From contig NZ_JASBRG010000007.1 in assembly GCF_029961145.1 (NCBI RefSeq), positions 598,155 to 662,154 on the forward strand: a stretch of 64,000 nucleotides of DNA. The letters are read 5' to 3'. Under the pieces are notes generated by a model. That model saw only the letters and a list, made by a program, of their open reading frames with translations. It was not told the origin of the DNA and searched no databases. Shown piece by piece: positions 48,501 to 58,015 of the stretch. Origin of the DNA: Pinibacter soli (GTDB taxonomy: Bacteria > Bacteroidota > Bacteroidia > Chitinophagales > Chitinophagaceae). The translations under genes and the position numbers were made by a program. The first letter of the stretch is position 1; every line of letters begins with the position of its first letter.

Positions 48501-48610
48501 TAGTAGGAGGCATCTTGTTCTCGTTAATATTAACGTTGCTGGTAATTCCGGCGGTATACACATACTTGTCGGGTAAACACAAAGCACATGTTACGCAAAT
48601 TAACGAGTAG
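45545..48610 (+). CDS. RND efflux transporter permease (AcrB/CzcA superfamily)
   Basis: 1021 aa with 12-TM RND topology and a conserved N-terminus MNISELSLKRPVFATVMNLAIILFGIVGF...PAIDPP. Confidence 0.95.
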   Translation: MNISELSLKRPVFATVMNLAIILFGIVGFNFLAVRDYPAIDPPIITVTTSYTGANPDIIESQITEPLEKQINGIPGIRTITSSSSLGSSQITVEFNLGVELEAAASDVRDKVSQAQRSLPLDIDAPPVVAKADANSDPILILAVQSRSKGLMELSEYAENVLQQQLQTVNDVSSVGIFGQKRYAMRIWLNPDKMSAFNVSFNDIRTALNSENVELPPGKIYGNNTELTIRTLGRLTSEQQFRDLLIREDSSGIVRLSDIARVELGPEALEQSWKYNGVNAVGLAVIPQPGANNIAIADEVYKRLDEIKKENKSGIEVSVLIDNTQNIRNSLSEVEETLLIAFALVVLVIFFFFRNWLIAIRPLIDIPISLVATFFIMYIAGFSINILTMLGIVLATGLVVDDGIVVTENIFRKLEEGMPIHKAALEGSKEIFFAVISTSITLAVVFLPVIFLQGFVGRLFREFGVVLAAAVLISAFVSLTITPVLNVYLTRKNSSHGKFYLATEPFFTGMENGYRRILEGFLKIRWMAWVIIVVCVGIIIFVFTHLQSEIAPLEDRSSIRFTATGAEGMSFGAMNALTDKVSNYLYDSVPERDFVFARTPAGTSVNTSQPRIGLVDPRDRKRSQNEIANDLQKKLSRFNDARIFAIQEQTISVGSGSRTSLPVQFVLQNQDLNKLKAAIPKFLDEARKDKTFSNVDVNLKFNKPELQITVDRMKVKDLGLSTQDVISAMQSAFSGGRLAYFIMNGYQYQVIAQVDRQDRNKPIDISNLYVKNASGQNIPLSAVVHMEESTNPSTLFHFNRYKAATIQASLSEGRTIGDGIKAMDSIAAKVLDPTFQTALSGSSRDYAESSSNILFALGLAIILIYLVLSAQFESFIDPIGIILTVPLAFAGALLSLWAFHQTLNIFSEIGMIMLVGLVTKNGILIVEFANQKRALGLPKFEAVTEAAQQRLRPILMTSLATSLGALPIAMSLGAASTSRIPLGIVVVGGILFSLILTLLVIPAVYTYLSGKHKAHVTQINE

Positions 48611-48809
48611 TTGAAAATTGAAAATGATTCGCAGGGGCGAATTGCATTCGCACTCTTCGCATATCGCGAAACACGATTAACATTATCGCAAACGGACCAT
48701 CGTTAAATATTTTGTTTTAATTATGATGTCAGCAGTAGTACTTCTATTAAGCATTGGTTGCGTCGCACTCTTCAGCGGCAGGAAGTTGATTGAGCGTATT
48801 TTTATAAAC

Positions 48810-50126
48810 ATGAATGTGTCCCCTTTCATTAAAAAAGGTGTTGCAATTACTTGTACTCTTTTCATATGCGGCTATTCATTTTCCCAAAACCTTACATTGG
48901 AAGATGCCGTAAACATTGCGTTAAAAAATAGCCTTGATATACAGCTCGCTAAAAACAATGTAACCGTTAACGATATCAACAATTACATTGGCATCGCCGG
49001 AGGATTGCCGGTAATATCAGGGACGGCGACTGACGCAGAGCAGCTTTCCAACATTAATCAAAAGTATGCAGATCCGAAGCGTGATGTTGAAAAAAGAGGC
49101 GTTGCCACTAACAACCTTAGTGGAAACATACAAGCAAGCTATTTGTTATTTAACGGAATGCGTGTTGTTACGACCAGGAAAAGACTAAACGAATTGCTCA
49201 ACCAAAGTAAGGAGCAATTGAACTCACAGGTTCAAAACATCATCGCTTCAGTGATGACATCTTACTATGATGTCATTCGTCAGCAGAACTATATCAAAAC
49301 GATAGATCAATCACTAGTTGTATCTCAGCAAAAGCTCGACATCGTTAAAACACAACAGGCAGTTGGGATGGCAAACAATGCAGATCTGTTCCAGGCACAA
49401 GTAGATTATAACACGCTTTTACAATCGCACCAGTCACAGCAACTGGCAATTGACCAGGCTAAAACGGAATTGCTACGGTTACTTACCTTAAAAGCAGATT
49501 CTGTCATTACTATTTCAGATACTATTTTGGTGGATCATTCACTTGTATTGGGAACCGTTTTGGACAATCTTCCTAACAACCCTGATTTACGGGCGGCAGA
49601 GGACCAGGTGAGGATCAATGAATTTATCGTAAAAGAAACAGCGGCGCAGCGCTATCCTTCCCTGCGTTTGAATGGCGGTTACAGCTTCGTGTACAATAGC
49701 AGCGCCGCGGGTGACACCCGCTTGAACAACAGCTACGGTCCAACCATTGGCGTTGGGGTTGGCGTTCCTATTTACAATGGTTCTATATATAAACGGCAAC
49801 AAAAAATTGCAGAAATGAATGTTAACTCTGCAGAACTCAGTAAAGACATTATCGTAAGAGATTATTCTGCGAACATCATCAAAACATACCAGGCCTACAC
49901 TAGCACATTAAAGCAACTTGAAACGCAAAGAAAAAACTACGAGTTGTCAAAACAATTGGTTGATCTGATACTTCAAAAATTCCAATTGCACCAGGCAACT
50001 ATTATTGACGTAAGAACGGCACAACAAAGTTTTGAACTTGCAGGCTATAGCCTTATCAACTTGAGCTTCTCCGCCAAATCAGCAGAGATCGAATTGAAAA
50101 GAGTGAGCAATCAATTGAAACCATAG
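48810..50126 (+). CDS. TolC-family outer membrane efflux protein
   Basis: Signal peptide, then the TolC-like repeat structure (LTLEDAVNIALKNSLDIQLAKNN...). The ORF is open from 48723. Confidence 0.85.
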   Translation: MNVSPFIKKGVAITCTLFICGYSFSQNLTLEDAVNIALKNSLDIQLAKNNVTVNDINNYIGIAGGLPVISGTATDAEQLSNINQKYADPKRDVEKRGVATNNLSGNIQASYLLFNGMRVVTTRKRLNELLNQSKEQLNSQVQNIIASVMTSYYDVIRQQNYIKTIDQSLVVSQQKLDIVKTQQAVGMANNADLFQAQVDYNTLLQSHQSQQLAIDQAKTELLRLLTLKADSVITISDTILVDHSLVLGTVLDNLPNNPDLRAAEDQVRINEFIVKETAAQRYPSLRLNGGYSFVYNSSAAGDTRLNNSYGPTIGVGVGVPIYNGSIYKRQQKIAEMNVNSAELSKDIIVRDYSANIIKTYQAYTSTLKQLETQRKNYELSKQLVDLILQKFQLHQATIIDVRTAQQSFELAGYSLINLSFSAKSAEIELKRVSNQLKP

Positions 50127-50147
50127 TTAGTGCAGCGTTCGGAAATA

Positions 50148-50279
50148 GAAATTAATAATTAACAATTAATAGGTGTAGCATCTGGATAAGAACACTGCTT
50201 AACTATGTTCGACATACAATAGGGCAACATTCTGTCGTGAATGTTGCCCTATTAATTTTTAATTATTAATTATTAATTT
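50148..50279. repeat. AATTAAT-armed element with a conserved-structure hairpin-terminator core
   Basis: Left arm gaaattaataattaacaattaatagg. Then ggtgtagca plus about 45 nt. Then a perfect hairpin agggcaacattc-tgtcgt-gaatgttgccct. Then the right arm attaatttttaattattaattattaatt. Paralogous copies at 62853-62984, 52254-52390 and 51585-51677. Confidence 0.7.
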
Positions 50280-50285
50280 CCCGCA

Positions 50286-51065
50286 ATGCTTCCACATGAA
50301 CTCATCCTTCTTTGTTGCGCGGCTTTTGCGGCGGGTTTTATCGATGCTATTGTAGGCGGAGGCGGACTTGTACAAACGCCTGCAACACTGATCATTTTGC
50401 CGCAATATCCTGTTGCTACATTATTGGGCACTATAAAAATTCCTTCATTTTCCGGCACCAGTATTGCAGCATGGCAATATACAAGACGTGTAAAGCTTGA
50501 TATGCGCTTGCTGGCAGGCGTATCAATCTGTGCCTTTTTTGCGGCACTGTTCGGCTCAGCCATGGCCAGCAAATTAAGCAATGCTGTTTTTAAACCTGTC
50601 ATATTAATATTGCTGATTGGCGTTGCCATCTATACGTATAGTAACAAAAAATTCGGGCAAAGCGAACATGAGTTAAAGGAAACAAAAAATGCGCTGGCCT
50701 ATGGCATTTCATTTGGCCTCCTGCTAGGTTTCTATGATGGCTTCATCGGTCCGGGAACAGGTAGTTTTCTTATTCTCCTCTTTGTAAGTGTATTAGGTCA
50801 GGACTTTCTGCATGCCAGCGCTTACGCGAAAATCATTAACCTTGCCACGAATTGTGCATCGATCATCTACTTCAGCAGCACCGGTCATATTTTGTATCAT
50901 TATGCAATCCCCATGGCGGTATTTAATGTTTGCGGCTCATTCGTTGGTGCGAGGCTAGCCTTGCTAAAAGGTAATCGTTTTATACGCATCGTCTTTTTAA
51001 TCGTGGTAACGGGCATGATCATACGTTTTGCGTGGGATGTAGCGAAGCTGGCGATAAGAGGTTAG
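50286..51065 (+). CDS. Sulfite exporter TauE/SafE-family (TSUP) membrane protein
   Basis: Two 4-TM repeats each with Gly-rich motifs (AAGFIDAIVGGGG...; GFYDGFIGPGTGSFL). Confidence 0.8.
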   Translation: MLPHELILLCCAAFAAGFIDAIVGGGGLVQTPATLIILPQYPVATLLGTIKIPSFSGTSIAAWQYTRRVKLDMRLLAGVSICAFFAALFGSAMASKLSNAVFKPVILILLIGVAIYTYSNKKFGQSEHELKETKNALAYGISFGLLLGFYDGFIGPGTGSFLILLFVSVLGQDFLHASAYAKIINLATNCASIIYFSSTGHILYHYAIPMAVFNVCGSFVGARLALLKGNRFIRIVFLIVVTGMIIRFAWDVAKLAIRG

Positions 51066-51584
51066 CTGCTAGTTATTGGTTATTAGCCATCAATTTTGAC
51101 TAGCGGAGACTAAAGCAGAACAACCAACAATCCACTAAGTGTATCCCCTTAGATCCGAAAAATTTTCTTCAATAAAATTGGATTATATTATTTTGACATT
51201 TAATTTAACATATCCATAGCAGTTAGACTGCTTTTAAACCTTCTCCTTAGTTAACAAAGATGTAATACACAAACTGAACATTTCGTTGAAAGTTTCAAGA
51301 TATTTGCATTGTCAAGTTACAATATCCAATTAGAAAAAAACCAATAGTCCATTAGTCCAAAAAACCGAGTCCACGTCCAATGAACAAACAAGCATCACAA
51401 CCTTTTCTATGAAGTAATTATCCACCAATCCATGTGAAGACCAGGTAATATATCCGATCCTAGCAGTCAAGATTTATCCACCTTTATTATATTACCTAAT
51501 TTTAAAAAAGCTGTTCTAACGAACGGCTTTTTTTATTCTTAGTAACTGAATAACTGAGTTTTCAAGTCAAGATGTTCGAAAAAA

Positions 51585-51677
51585 AATTAATAATTAATAA
51601 TTAAAAATTAACAGGGCATTGTCGATTATAATTTTGAGGGCAACACTATTAATTCTTAATTATTAATTATTAATTGA
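51585..51677. repeat. AATTAAT-armed element, degenerate copy
   Basis: aaaaattaataattaataattaaaaattaacagggcattgtcg...gagggcaacactattaattcttaattattaattattaattg. Confidence 0.55.
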
Positions 51678-51855
51678 ATTGGTGCCAGGCGTTATCAGAC
51701 ATTCATTTTATAAAGCAAGTCTGACACTTACCTGGACTTAGTTATTTGTATTGGATGTTTTCGTTTTTGCCCATGCAAATTTATCAATCCTTGTACCACG
51801 CAGTATTAAGGAGTAGTTAACTTAGCGTTGTTGAATTGATTTTAACAAAATCAAT

Positions 51856-52173
51856 TTATGACTCCAGACCCTTATCATCAAAGAGAGCGAGTATCTGTTG
51901 TGATTTAATTTCTGTGTCGGCATTCTGCAGCATACAATGCAGATGCATCAGTTCTTTTTCAGTTAAAACAATGTGGACAATATTACCCGGTGTAGGAAGA
52001 ACGATATATTTCAACTTATCATCAATGGGAACAAGCGTTTCACAACGCGCCGTTACTAACTCAATAAAAGTTTCGAAATTATTTTTATCAAGTATCAGCA
52101 TCGTTGTGCCAAATGTTACCTGGTAAATGTTACAAGCATGATCGTCAAAATGCCATGATTTGAAATTGCACAT
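51856..52173 (-). CDS. Hypothetical protein (105 aa)
   Basis: ORF only. Confidence 0.35.
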   Translation of the reverse strand: MCNFKSWHFDDHACNIYQVTFGTTMLILDKNNFETFIELVTARCETLVPIDDKLKYIVLPTPGNIVHIVLTEKELMHLHCMLQNADTEIKSQQILALFDDKGLES

Positions 52174-52253
52174 ATTGGAAGTTTATGGTGCAAATGAAAT
52201 ACGGAGTGTTGAGAGATCGGTTATAGATTAGGGAATTCGGTTTGCGAGAGAGA

Positions 52254-52390
52254 AAAATTAATAATTAAGAATTAAGAATTAATAGTGTGCATTCGAAATC
52301 ATAGTCGCCGTTCATGACTAGTCAAAAAAATAGGGAATCATCGAATAAACGACTGATGCCCTATTAATTTTTAATTATTAATTATTAATT
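52254..52390. repeat. AATTAAT-armed element with a bidirectional terminator hairpin
   Basis: aaaattaataattaagaattaagaattaatagtg...aaaaaaatagggaatcatcgaataaacgactgatgccctattaatttttaattattaattattaatt. Ends 4 bp before the stop of the MFS gene. Confidence 0.65.
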
Positions 52391-52393
52391 ACC

Positions 52394-53653
52394 TCAATGT
52401 CTCACCGCCACCGCTTCACTCGCCACATGTTTATGTTTGAAAAATACGGCGAACAAAACCGCTACGATTAAGGCATATATAGAGAATGCCATCCAGATGC
52501 CGTGCCAGTTCTTGGTACCGTCCATTGAAGTGTAGTATTCCTGAATTATAAATCCGCTAATGGTACTTCCTGCAACGGCTCCTACTCCATTTGTCATCAT
52601 CATAAACATTCCCTGTGCACTTGACCTGATATGAGGTGTAGTGGACGTTTCCACAAATAGCGAACCGGAAACGTTGAAGAAATCGAATGCCATTCCATAA
52701 ACAATGCAGGACAAAATAATAAGACTTACTCCAACCGGTGAAGGATCGCCATACGCAAACAGCCCAAACCTGAACACCCAGGCCAGCATACTTATAAGCA
52801 TAACATTCTTAATACCAAAGCGTCTCAGGAAAAATGGAATCGCAAGAATGAAAGCTGTTTCAGAAAACTGAGAGATAGACATGATGATGGTTGACCTTTT
52901 CACCACGAATGAATTCGCATATTCGGGAACCTTACTGAACTCGCCCAGAAAAACGTCTCCATAAGCATTCGTCAGTTGCAACGCCGCTCCAAGAAACATG
53001 GAGAAAATAAAGAAGAGCGCCATTTTCTTATCCTTGAATAAAGCCAAAGCATCAAGACCCAATATCTGTCCCCAACTCTTTTTCCCGGTTTGTTTACCCA
53101 ATGGCGGACATGCCGGCAACGTAAATGAATACAGGCCCAGTATAAACGATGCTATTGCTGCGATATAAAATTGGTTGGCAGACGCCTTATTTCCGCTGAG
53201 ATTGGTGGTCCACATTGCTGCTATGAAGCCTATAGTTCCAAAAACACGAATTGGCGGAAAGTCAAGCACTACATCAAACTGGTTATTTTTTAACCCGGTA
53301 TAACCTATGGAATTGGCAAGCGCTATGGTAGGCATGTAGAAAATCATAGCCAATAAGATTCCCCAAAAAAACTGAGAAGGATCATTGATCTGCGGGATCA
53401 GGCATAAGGACATACCGCTTAATACGTGGAGAAATCCGTACAGTTTCTCGGCATTCACCCAGCGATCCGCCACCACTCCCATCAATGCCGGCATAAATAA
53501 GGATGCGATTCCCATTGTTGAAAAAATAACTCCAAACTTTCCTCCATCCCATCCTTTTGTGCTAAACCAGTAATTGCCAATTGTGATTAGCCATGAACCC
53601 CAAACAAAAAATTGCAGGAAACTCATTATCGTCAGGCGGAACTTAATACTCAT
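52394..53653 (-). CDS. MFS transporter, nucleoside:H+ symporter (NupG/XapB-like) family
   Basis: 12 TM helices. N-terminus MSIKFRLTIMSFLQFFVWGSWLITIGNYW is typical of the NHS family. Confidence 0.75.
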   Translation of the reverse strand: MSIKFRLTIMSFLQFFVWGSWLITIGNYWFSTKGWDGGKFGVIFSTMGIASLFMPALMGVVADRWVNAEKLYGFLHVLSGMSLCLIPQINDPSQFFWGILLAMIFYMPTIALANSIGYTGLKNNQFDVVLDFPPIRVFGTIGFIAAMWTTNLSGNKASANQFYIAAIASFILGLYSFTLPACPPLGKQTGKKSWGQILGLDALALFKDKKMALFFIFSMFLGAALQLTNAYGDVFLGEFSKVPEYANSFVVKRSTIIMSISQFSETAFILAIPFFLRRFGIKNVMLISMLAWVFRFGLFAYGDPSPVGVSLIILSCIVYGMAFDFFNVSGSLFVETSTTPHIRSSAQGMFMMMTNGVGAVAGSTISGFIIQEYYTSMDGTKNWHGIWMAFSIYALIVAVLFAVFFKHKHVASEAVAVRH

Positions 53654-53929
53654 GTATGCAGATTAATAGAATAAAGGGGTCAAGATAGTAAATAATGGGA
53701 AATGGGAAAAAAAAGACGATGTACGGTGCAAGAAAGCCGTCACGAGGCCGTTTTCAAAAGCATTTCGTAAATCGTATTTCGTATATCGTACTCAACAATC
53801 CACAGGCGGCTCTCTACTGCCTACCGGTAACCGGCTACTGGCTACTGACATTTGTCAACCCACCTGCCCTCAATAACCACCATCAACGATCAATTAAATC
53901 CCGTAATTTCGCCCCAGAAAAAGCTTTAC

Positions 53930-55117
53930 AAGATGATTATTACAGACTCAACAATTTCTATACAAAAGATTATAGAAGCAGAAAAAGAAAAAGCTCTTCG
54001 AAGCATTGGCGAGAAAATTATCCATAAGGAAAGAATAACCGGGGAAGAAGGCGTTTTACTTTTTGAAAAAGGGAGCCTGCCTTTTGTGGGCGCTTTGGCG
54101 AATCATGTTCGCGAAAGACTGCATGGCAATAAAACATATTTCAACCGCAATTTCCATATTGAACCAACAAACGTTTGCGTGTTCTCCTGCAAGTTCTGCT
54201 CCTACTCACGCTTGTATGCACATCGTGAAGAGGGTTGGGAACTGAGTACAGACGACATGCTGAACATCGTTAAAAAATACGATGGCAAACCGGTTACGGA
54301 AGTACACATCGTTGGTGGCGTTCACCCGAAATTGAATCTTAATTTCTTCGCAGACCTTTTGCAAAAAATAAAGGCTCATCGCCCGGACCTGCACGTAAAG
54401 GGCTTTACAGCTGTGGAGCTTGATTACATGTTCCGCAAGGCGAAAATGACGATCGACGAAGGAATGAAATTTCTTCATGAAGCAGGTTTGCAATCATTGC
54501 CGGGTGGTGGCGCAGAGATATTTGCCCCTGAGATACGCACACAGATCTGCGAGGACAAAGTTGACGCAGCGGGCTGGCTGGCTATTCATGAAGCAGCACA
54601 CAAACTGGGCATGCATTCGAATGCGACCATGTTATATGGTCACATTGAAAAATTCCATCACCGCATTGATCACATGGAAAGATTGCGCAGCCTGCAGGAC
54701 AAAACGGGTGGTTTCAACACCTTTATTCCGCTGAAGTTCCGCAATAAACAAAATGACATGAGCGATGTGCCGGAAAGCTCGGTAACGGAAGATATGAGGC
54801 TTTATGCGATTGCAAGATTATACATGGACAACTTCCCTCACCTGAAAGCATACTGGCCAATGCTGGGCCGCAAAAACGCCCAGTTAAGCCTAGCCTTCGG
54901 CGTAAACGATATCGATGGCACCATCGACGATTCTACAAAGATATATTCAATGGCAGGCAGCGAAGAGCAAACGCCTGTAATGAGCACCGCTGAAATGGTG
55001 GCGTTGATCAAACAGGTAAAACGTCAGCCTGTTGAGCGTGATACTTTATACAATGAAATCAGAGATTATTCTGACATTGATATCAAAGAGATTGAAGTAA
55101 ATCCGCTGTTGAATTAA
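53930..55117 (+). CDS. Radical SAM menaquinone-biosynthesis enzyme of the futalosine pathway (MqnE/MqnC family)
   Basis: CxxxCxxC cluster motif NVCVFSCKFCSYSR within the FO-synthase/MqnC/MqnE-like fold (VHIVGGVHP...). The ORF is open from 53852. Subtype not resolved. Confidence 0.7.
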   Translation, partial: KMIITDSTISIQKIIEAEKEKALRSIGEKIIHKERITGEEGVLLFEKGSLPFVGALANHVRERLHGNKTYFNRNFHIEPTNVCVFSCKFCSYSRLYAHREEGWELSTDDMLNIVKKYDGKPVTEVHIVGGVHPKLNLNFFADLLQKIKAHRPDLHVKGFTAVELDYMFRKAKMTIDEGMKFLHEAGLQSLPGGGAEIFAPEIRTQICEDKVDAAGWLAIHEAAHKLGMHSNATMLYGHIEKFHHRIDHMERLRSLQDKTGGFNTFIPLKFRNKQNDMSDVPESSVTEDMRLYAIARLYMDNFPHLKAYWPMLGRKNAQLSLAFGVNDIDGTIDDSTKIYSMAGSEEQTPVMSTAEMVALIKQVKRQPVERDTLYNEIRDYSDIDIKEIEVNPLLN

Positions 55118-55135
55118 AAGTAAAAAATAAAAAGT

Positions 55136-55171
55136 AAAAAGGGAGCCCGGCTTACATCGGGCTCCCTTTTT
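55136..55171 (+). terminator. Rho-independent terminator for the mqn gene
   Basis: aaaaagggagcccg-gcttacatc-gggctcccttttt. Confidence 0.75.
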
Positions 55172-55228
55172 ACTTTGAGGCTTTAAGAAAGTTTTGAGTA
55201 GTAAAACCCTCATAACGTTTATCAAATA

Positions 55229-55262
55229 AAAAAGCGTTCGATACATTTCGAACGCCTTTTTA
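55229..55262 (-). terminator. Rho-independent terminator for the 55285-57615 gene
   Basis: Minus strand: aggcgttcgaaatgtatcgaacgctttttt. Stem gcgttcga/tcgaacgc. Confidence 0.7.
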
Positions 55263-55284
55263 TTTTTTATTTTTTACTTATTCG

Positions 55285-57615
55285 CTACTGCTTTAAAAAC
55301 CTTATCAAACCTGTTCTTTCACCGTTCATATAACCGAACACCTGGTAAACACCTGCGCTCAGGTCAGACAGATCAAGCTGTTGCTCGTTGTTGCCGGTAG
55401 AAACCTGCACGCCGAATTTACGCCATACCTTTCCTGACATATCTGTAATATACAGATCCATCGTGCCACCAGAACCGCTATTAACACTCAGCTTCACACT
55501 TCTTGTAACCAATGTTGGTGCGAAACCTGTGATCGCAAATCCATTTGCCTGGTTAAGAATGGCGGCCACTTTACTATAAGTGACAGAACCGTCTTTATCG
55601 ATTAATCGCAAACGATAGTAATTATTGCCGTCACTTAAAGCATCGGCGTAGTTGTAGTTTGTAACCCCTTCACGACCCGGTACGCTGCCCACTTTGGTAA
55701 AGTCGCGACCATTGTTTGATTTCAATACTTCAACCGATTGAGGAATGTCAACCTCATCAACGGTCCATTTCAGGTTAGCAGAAGAACCCGATTTTGTGGC
55801 AGTGAAATCGAGTAATATAACTGGTAGCGGCGCACCGATAAGGCCGAACGTAAACAAGTTAAAACCGCTGAGTACGGCTGATGTTGCCGTTCCATTTACC
55901 GAATTACCCGGAGAAATAGAAATGCCGGTGCCACCCTGCGCACTGGTCCATTGTGAACCACTATTAGAGGCCACAACCAGTGCACTGTTGGCAGGAGCGC
56001 CGGGAACCGCCTGGCCAAACAATAAAAGCTGCACAGATGCATCACTTCCAAAAGCCCTTCCTATTGACCAGTATTCCGCACTGGAAATTCCCTGCAGCGG
56101 TGCCGCAACCGGAGAGCCGTTGGCTGTCCTGAAATAATTTGCAGTGTAAGAAGAAATCGTTGTTGAATTTGGAGCCACTTCAATTGGCCTGTAGAAGCCG
56201 TTGCTTCCAGTAGGGAACCTATATACGTTGGTTGTATTTGTGCTTCTTGTTACGGGTCCTGAAACATAACTGCTGTTATTGGCACTGGTCACACCCTGGG
56301 CGTATTCAGTACTCCTGACAGTAATCGTTCTGGCAACAGTGGTTGTAAGCACACCAGACGTCAAATCCAATCTTCCTACCTGAAGCGCATTATTTAAACT
56401 TACACCTCCAGATGTATTATTAAGGCGCAATGCCACTTGATTGTTGGCATTATCGATTACGCCGGAACTGCTGGTGATTGTTTGCGCTGCGTTGCCGTTA
56501 AGCTCCACAACAAACAGATTCTTTGATGAACTGGTTGCAATGCTGCTGCTTGTAAACTGTCCGCCTGTTTGATTAAAATTACCTTTGATACCCAGTTTAC
56601 TTGTCCCTGTTACATTATCATTTTCCTGTAAAGAAAATGTACCCGTAGACTGTACATAGTTGCCGTTTACCTGCAAAGTATAATCTGCGTCCTTGGTACC
56701 GTCATTTTCTGTCGAAGAAAGCTGCACGGTGGCGTTTGTACTAAGAACAAAATTCTTATTGACTGTAACTAAATTGGTCGGGCTACCCGAGTTGGCCAAT
56801 AAAATCACTGTAAGACTATTGAAACCCAATACCTGTAAATCACCCTTTATTGTTGTATTGTCATACAAATGCAAATTGTATGAGTAAGGGAAAGCATTAA
56901 GTATATTAGGGCAGTTAATATACAGATTTCCCAATGACAAATTGGTTCCGGGAAAAGTCGGCAAATCATTTATTGATCCGGTCACTTGTATCGTAGAAGC
57001 CACATCCCATGTAGCCTGGGGAATCAGTCCGCGGTCTCTGGCATGAATATAATTAGAACCTGCATTAAAAGAAACATTGGTCCCTGTAGTCTCAAGAAAC
57101 AGACCATGAGGATTCACTGTAACAGTACCATTTACTGCCAACGTAGCACCACTATTGACTGACAGGGTTGATCCAAAGTTAGCAACTGGATCTGTGTCAG
57201 CTTCCATGATAAAAGTTCCGTTGATAACACCGGATGCACCACTCACAAGACTTACATGCAGCTCGTTGTCGCCACTGGTAAATATTTTTAATGAAGAGCC
57301 ACTACCTACTGCCAAAGCGTTGGTACTAGCCGAAACATTGATATCGGTAATTGCGTTACTCGTAAAAACAACTGTGCTGTTACTCGTCACATTCAGTGAT
57401 GCAATATTAATTAACAGGCCATTCATAACAACCGTTACGCTTGTATTAAATGTAACATTGTCGCCTGAGCCGGGAACGCTTGCTGTTGACCAGTTTGAGG
57501 CAACATTCCAACTTCCGCCGGTGGCACCTGTCCACGTGATATTTGCAGCCAGCAGCGATGAGGAATGTAAAGTGAAAAATGATAAGCACAGTAGTAAGAA
57601 GTATAATTTCCTCAT
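55285..57615 (-). CDS. Large secreted repetitive beta-rich protein with a T9SS C-terminal sorting domain
   Basis: Signal peptide MRKLYFLLLCLSFFTLHSSSLLA, an S/T/N/G-rich body, and a C-terminal roughly 80 aa (...GVYQVFGYMNGERTGLIRFLKQ) typical of the Por/T9SS CTD. Confidence 0.8.
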   Translation of the reverse strand: MRKLYFLLLCLSFFTLHSSSLLAANITWTGATGGSWNVASNWSTASVPGSGDNVTFNTSVTVVMNGLLINIASLNVTSNSTVVFTSNAITDINVSASTNALAVGSGSSLKIFTSGDNELHVSLVSGASGVINGTFIMEADTDPVANFGSTLSVNSGATLAVNGTVTVNPHGLFLETTGTNVSFNAGSNYIHARDRGLIPQATWDVASTIQVTGSINDLPTFPGTNLSLGNLYINCPNILNAFPYSYNLHLYDNTTIKGDLQVLGFNSLTVILLANSGSPTNLVTVNKNFVLSTNATVQLSSTENDGTKDADYTLQVNGNYVQSTGTFSLQENDNVTGTSKLGIKGNFNQTGGQFTSSSIATSSSKNLFVVELNGNAAQTITSSSGVIDNANNQVALRLNNTSGGVSLNNALQVGRLDLTSGVLTTTVARTITVRSTEYAQGVTSANNSSYVSGPVTRSTNTTNVYRFPTGSNGFYRPIEVAPNSTTISSYTANYFRTANGSPVAAPLQGISSAEYWSIGRAFGSDASVQLLLFGQAVPGAPANSALVVASNSGSQWTSAQGGTGISISPGNSVNGTATSAVLSGFNLFTFGLIGAPLPVILLDFTATKSGSSANLKWTVDEVDIPQSVEVLKSNNGRDFTKVGSVPGREGVTNYNYADALSDGNNYYRLRLIDKDGSVTYSKVAAILNQANGFAITGFAPTLVTRSVKLSVNSGSGGTMDLYITDMSGKVWRKFGVQVSTGNNEQQLDLSDLSAGVYQVFGYMNGERTGLIRFLKQ

Positions 57616-58015
57616 ACCAAAAATTTTATAAGCATTAATAGGGACACAGGACGTGGATAAAGTTAAATTTTGGTTTTTTTACTAGGAAATTTGAAGCTGC
57701 TACAAAATACAATTTTTTGACCTACATCAAAATAGTTGAATTTTTATTTTACCCGTCGTAAACAATAAAAATCAATAGAAAAGTGTCAAACCGTGTAATG
57801 GTGACGCAAAAAAACAACAATTCATGTAAATGTTATTGTTTGGTTACGACAATATTTTTACAGTGGGTATTTTCAACTTTCCCAGCAACACAATACCCAC
57901 ATCTTAAATTCATCGAATCACAAGCTCCCATAAAAAAGCATACCCCTGTTAAAGGATATGCTTTATAAGTTGGAAAGGTTTAATGCCTAATCAGTATTAA
58001 TAAATGTTACACCGA

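Larger units (their letters stand above)
55117..55284. repeat. Inverted AAAAGTA/TAAAAA arms flanking two tandem terminator hairpins, between convergent genes
   Basis: aaaagtaaaaaataaaaagtaaaaa ... tttttattttttattttttactta. Internal hairpins at 55136-55171 and 55229-55262. Confidence 0.5.

Noticed and set aside
53695-54027. 110-aa ORF upstream of and overlapping the mqn radical-SAM gene
   Set aside because: Arg/Lys-rich and low-complexity. It overlaps the probable true N-terminus of the radical SAM protein in another frame, so it is likely spurious.
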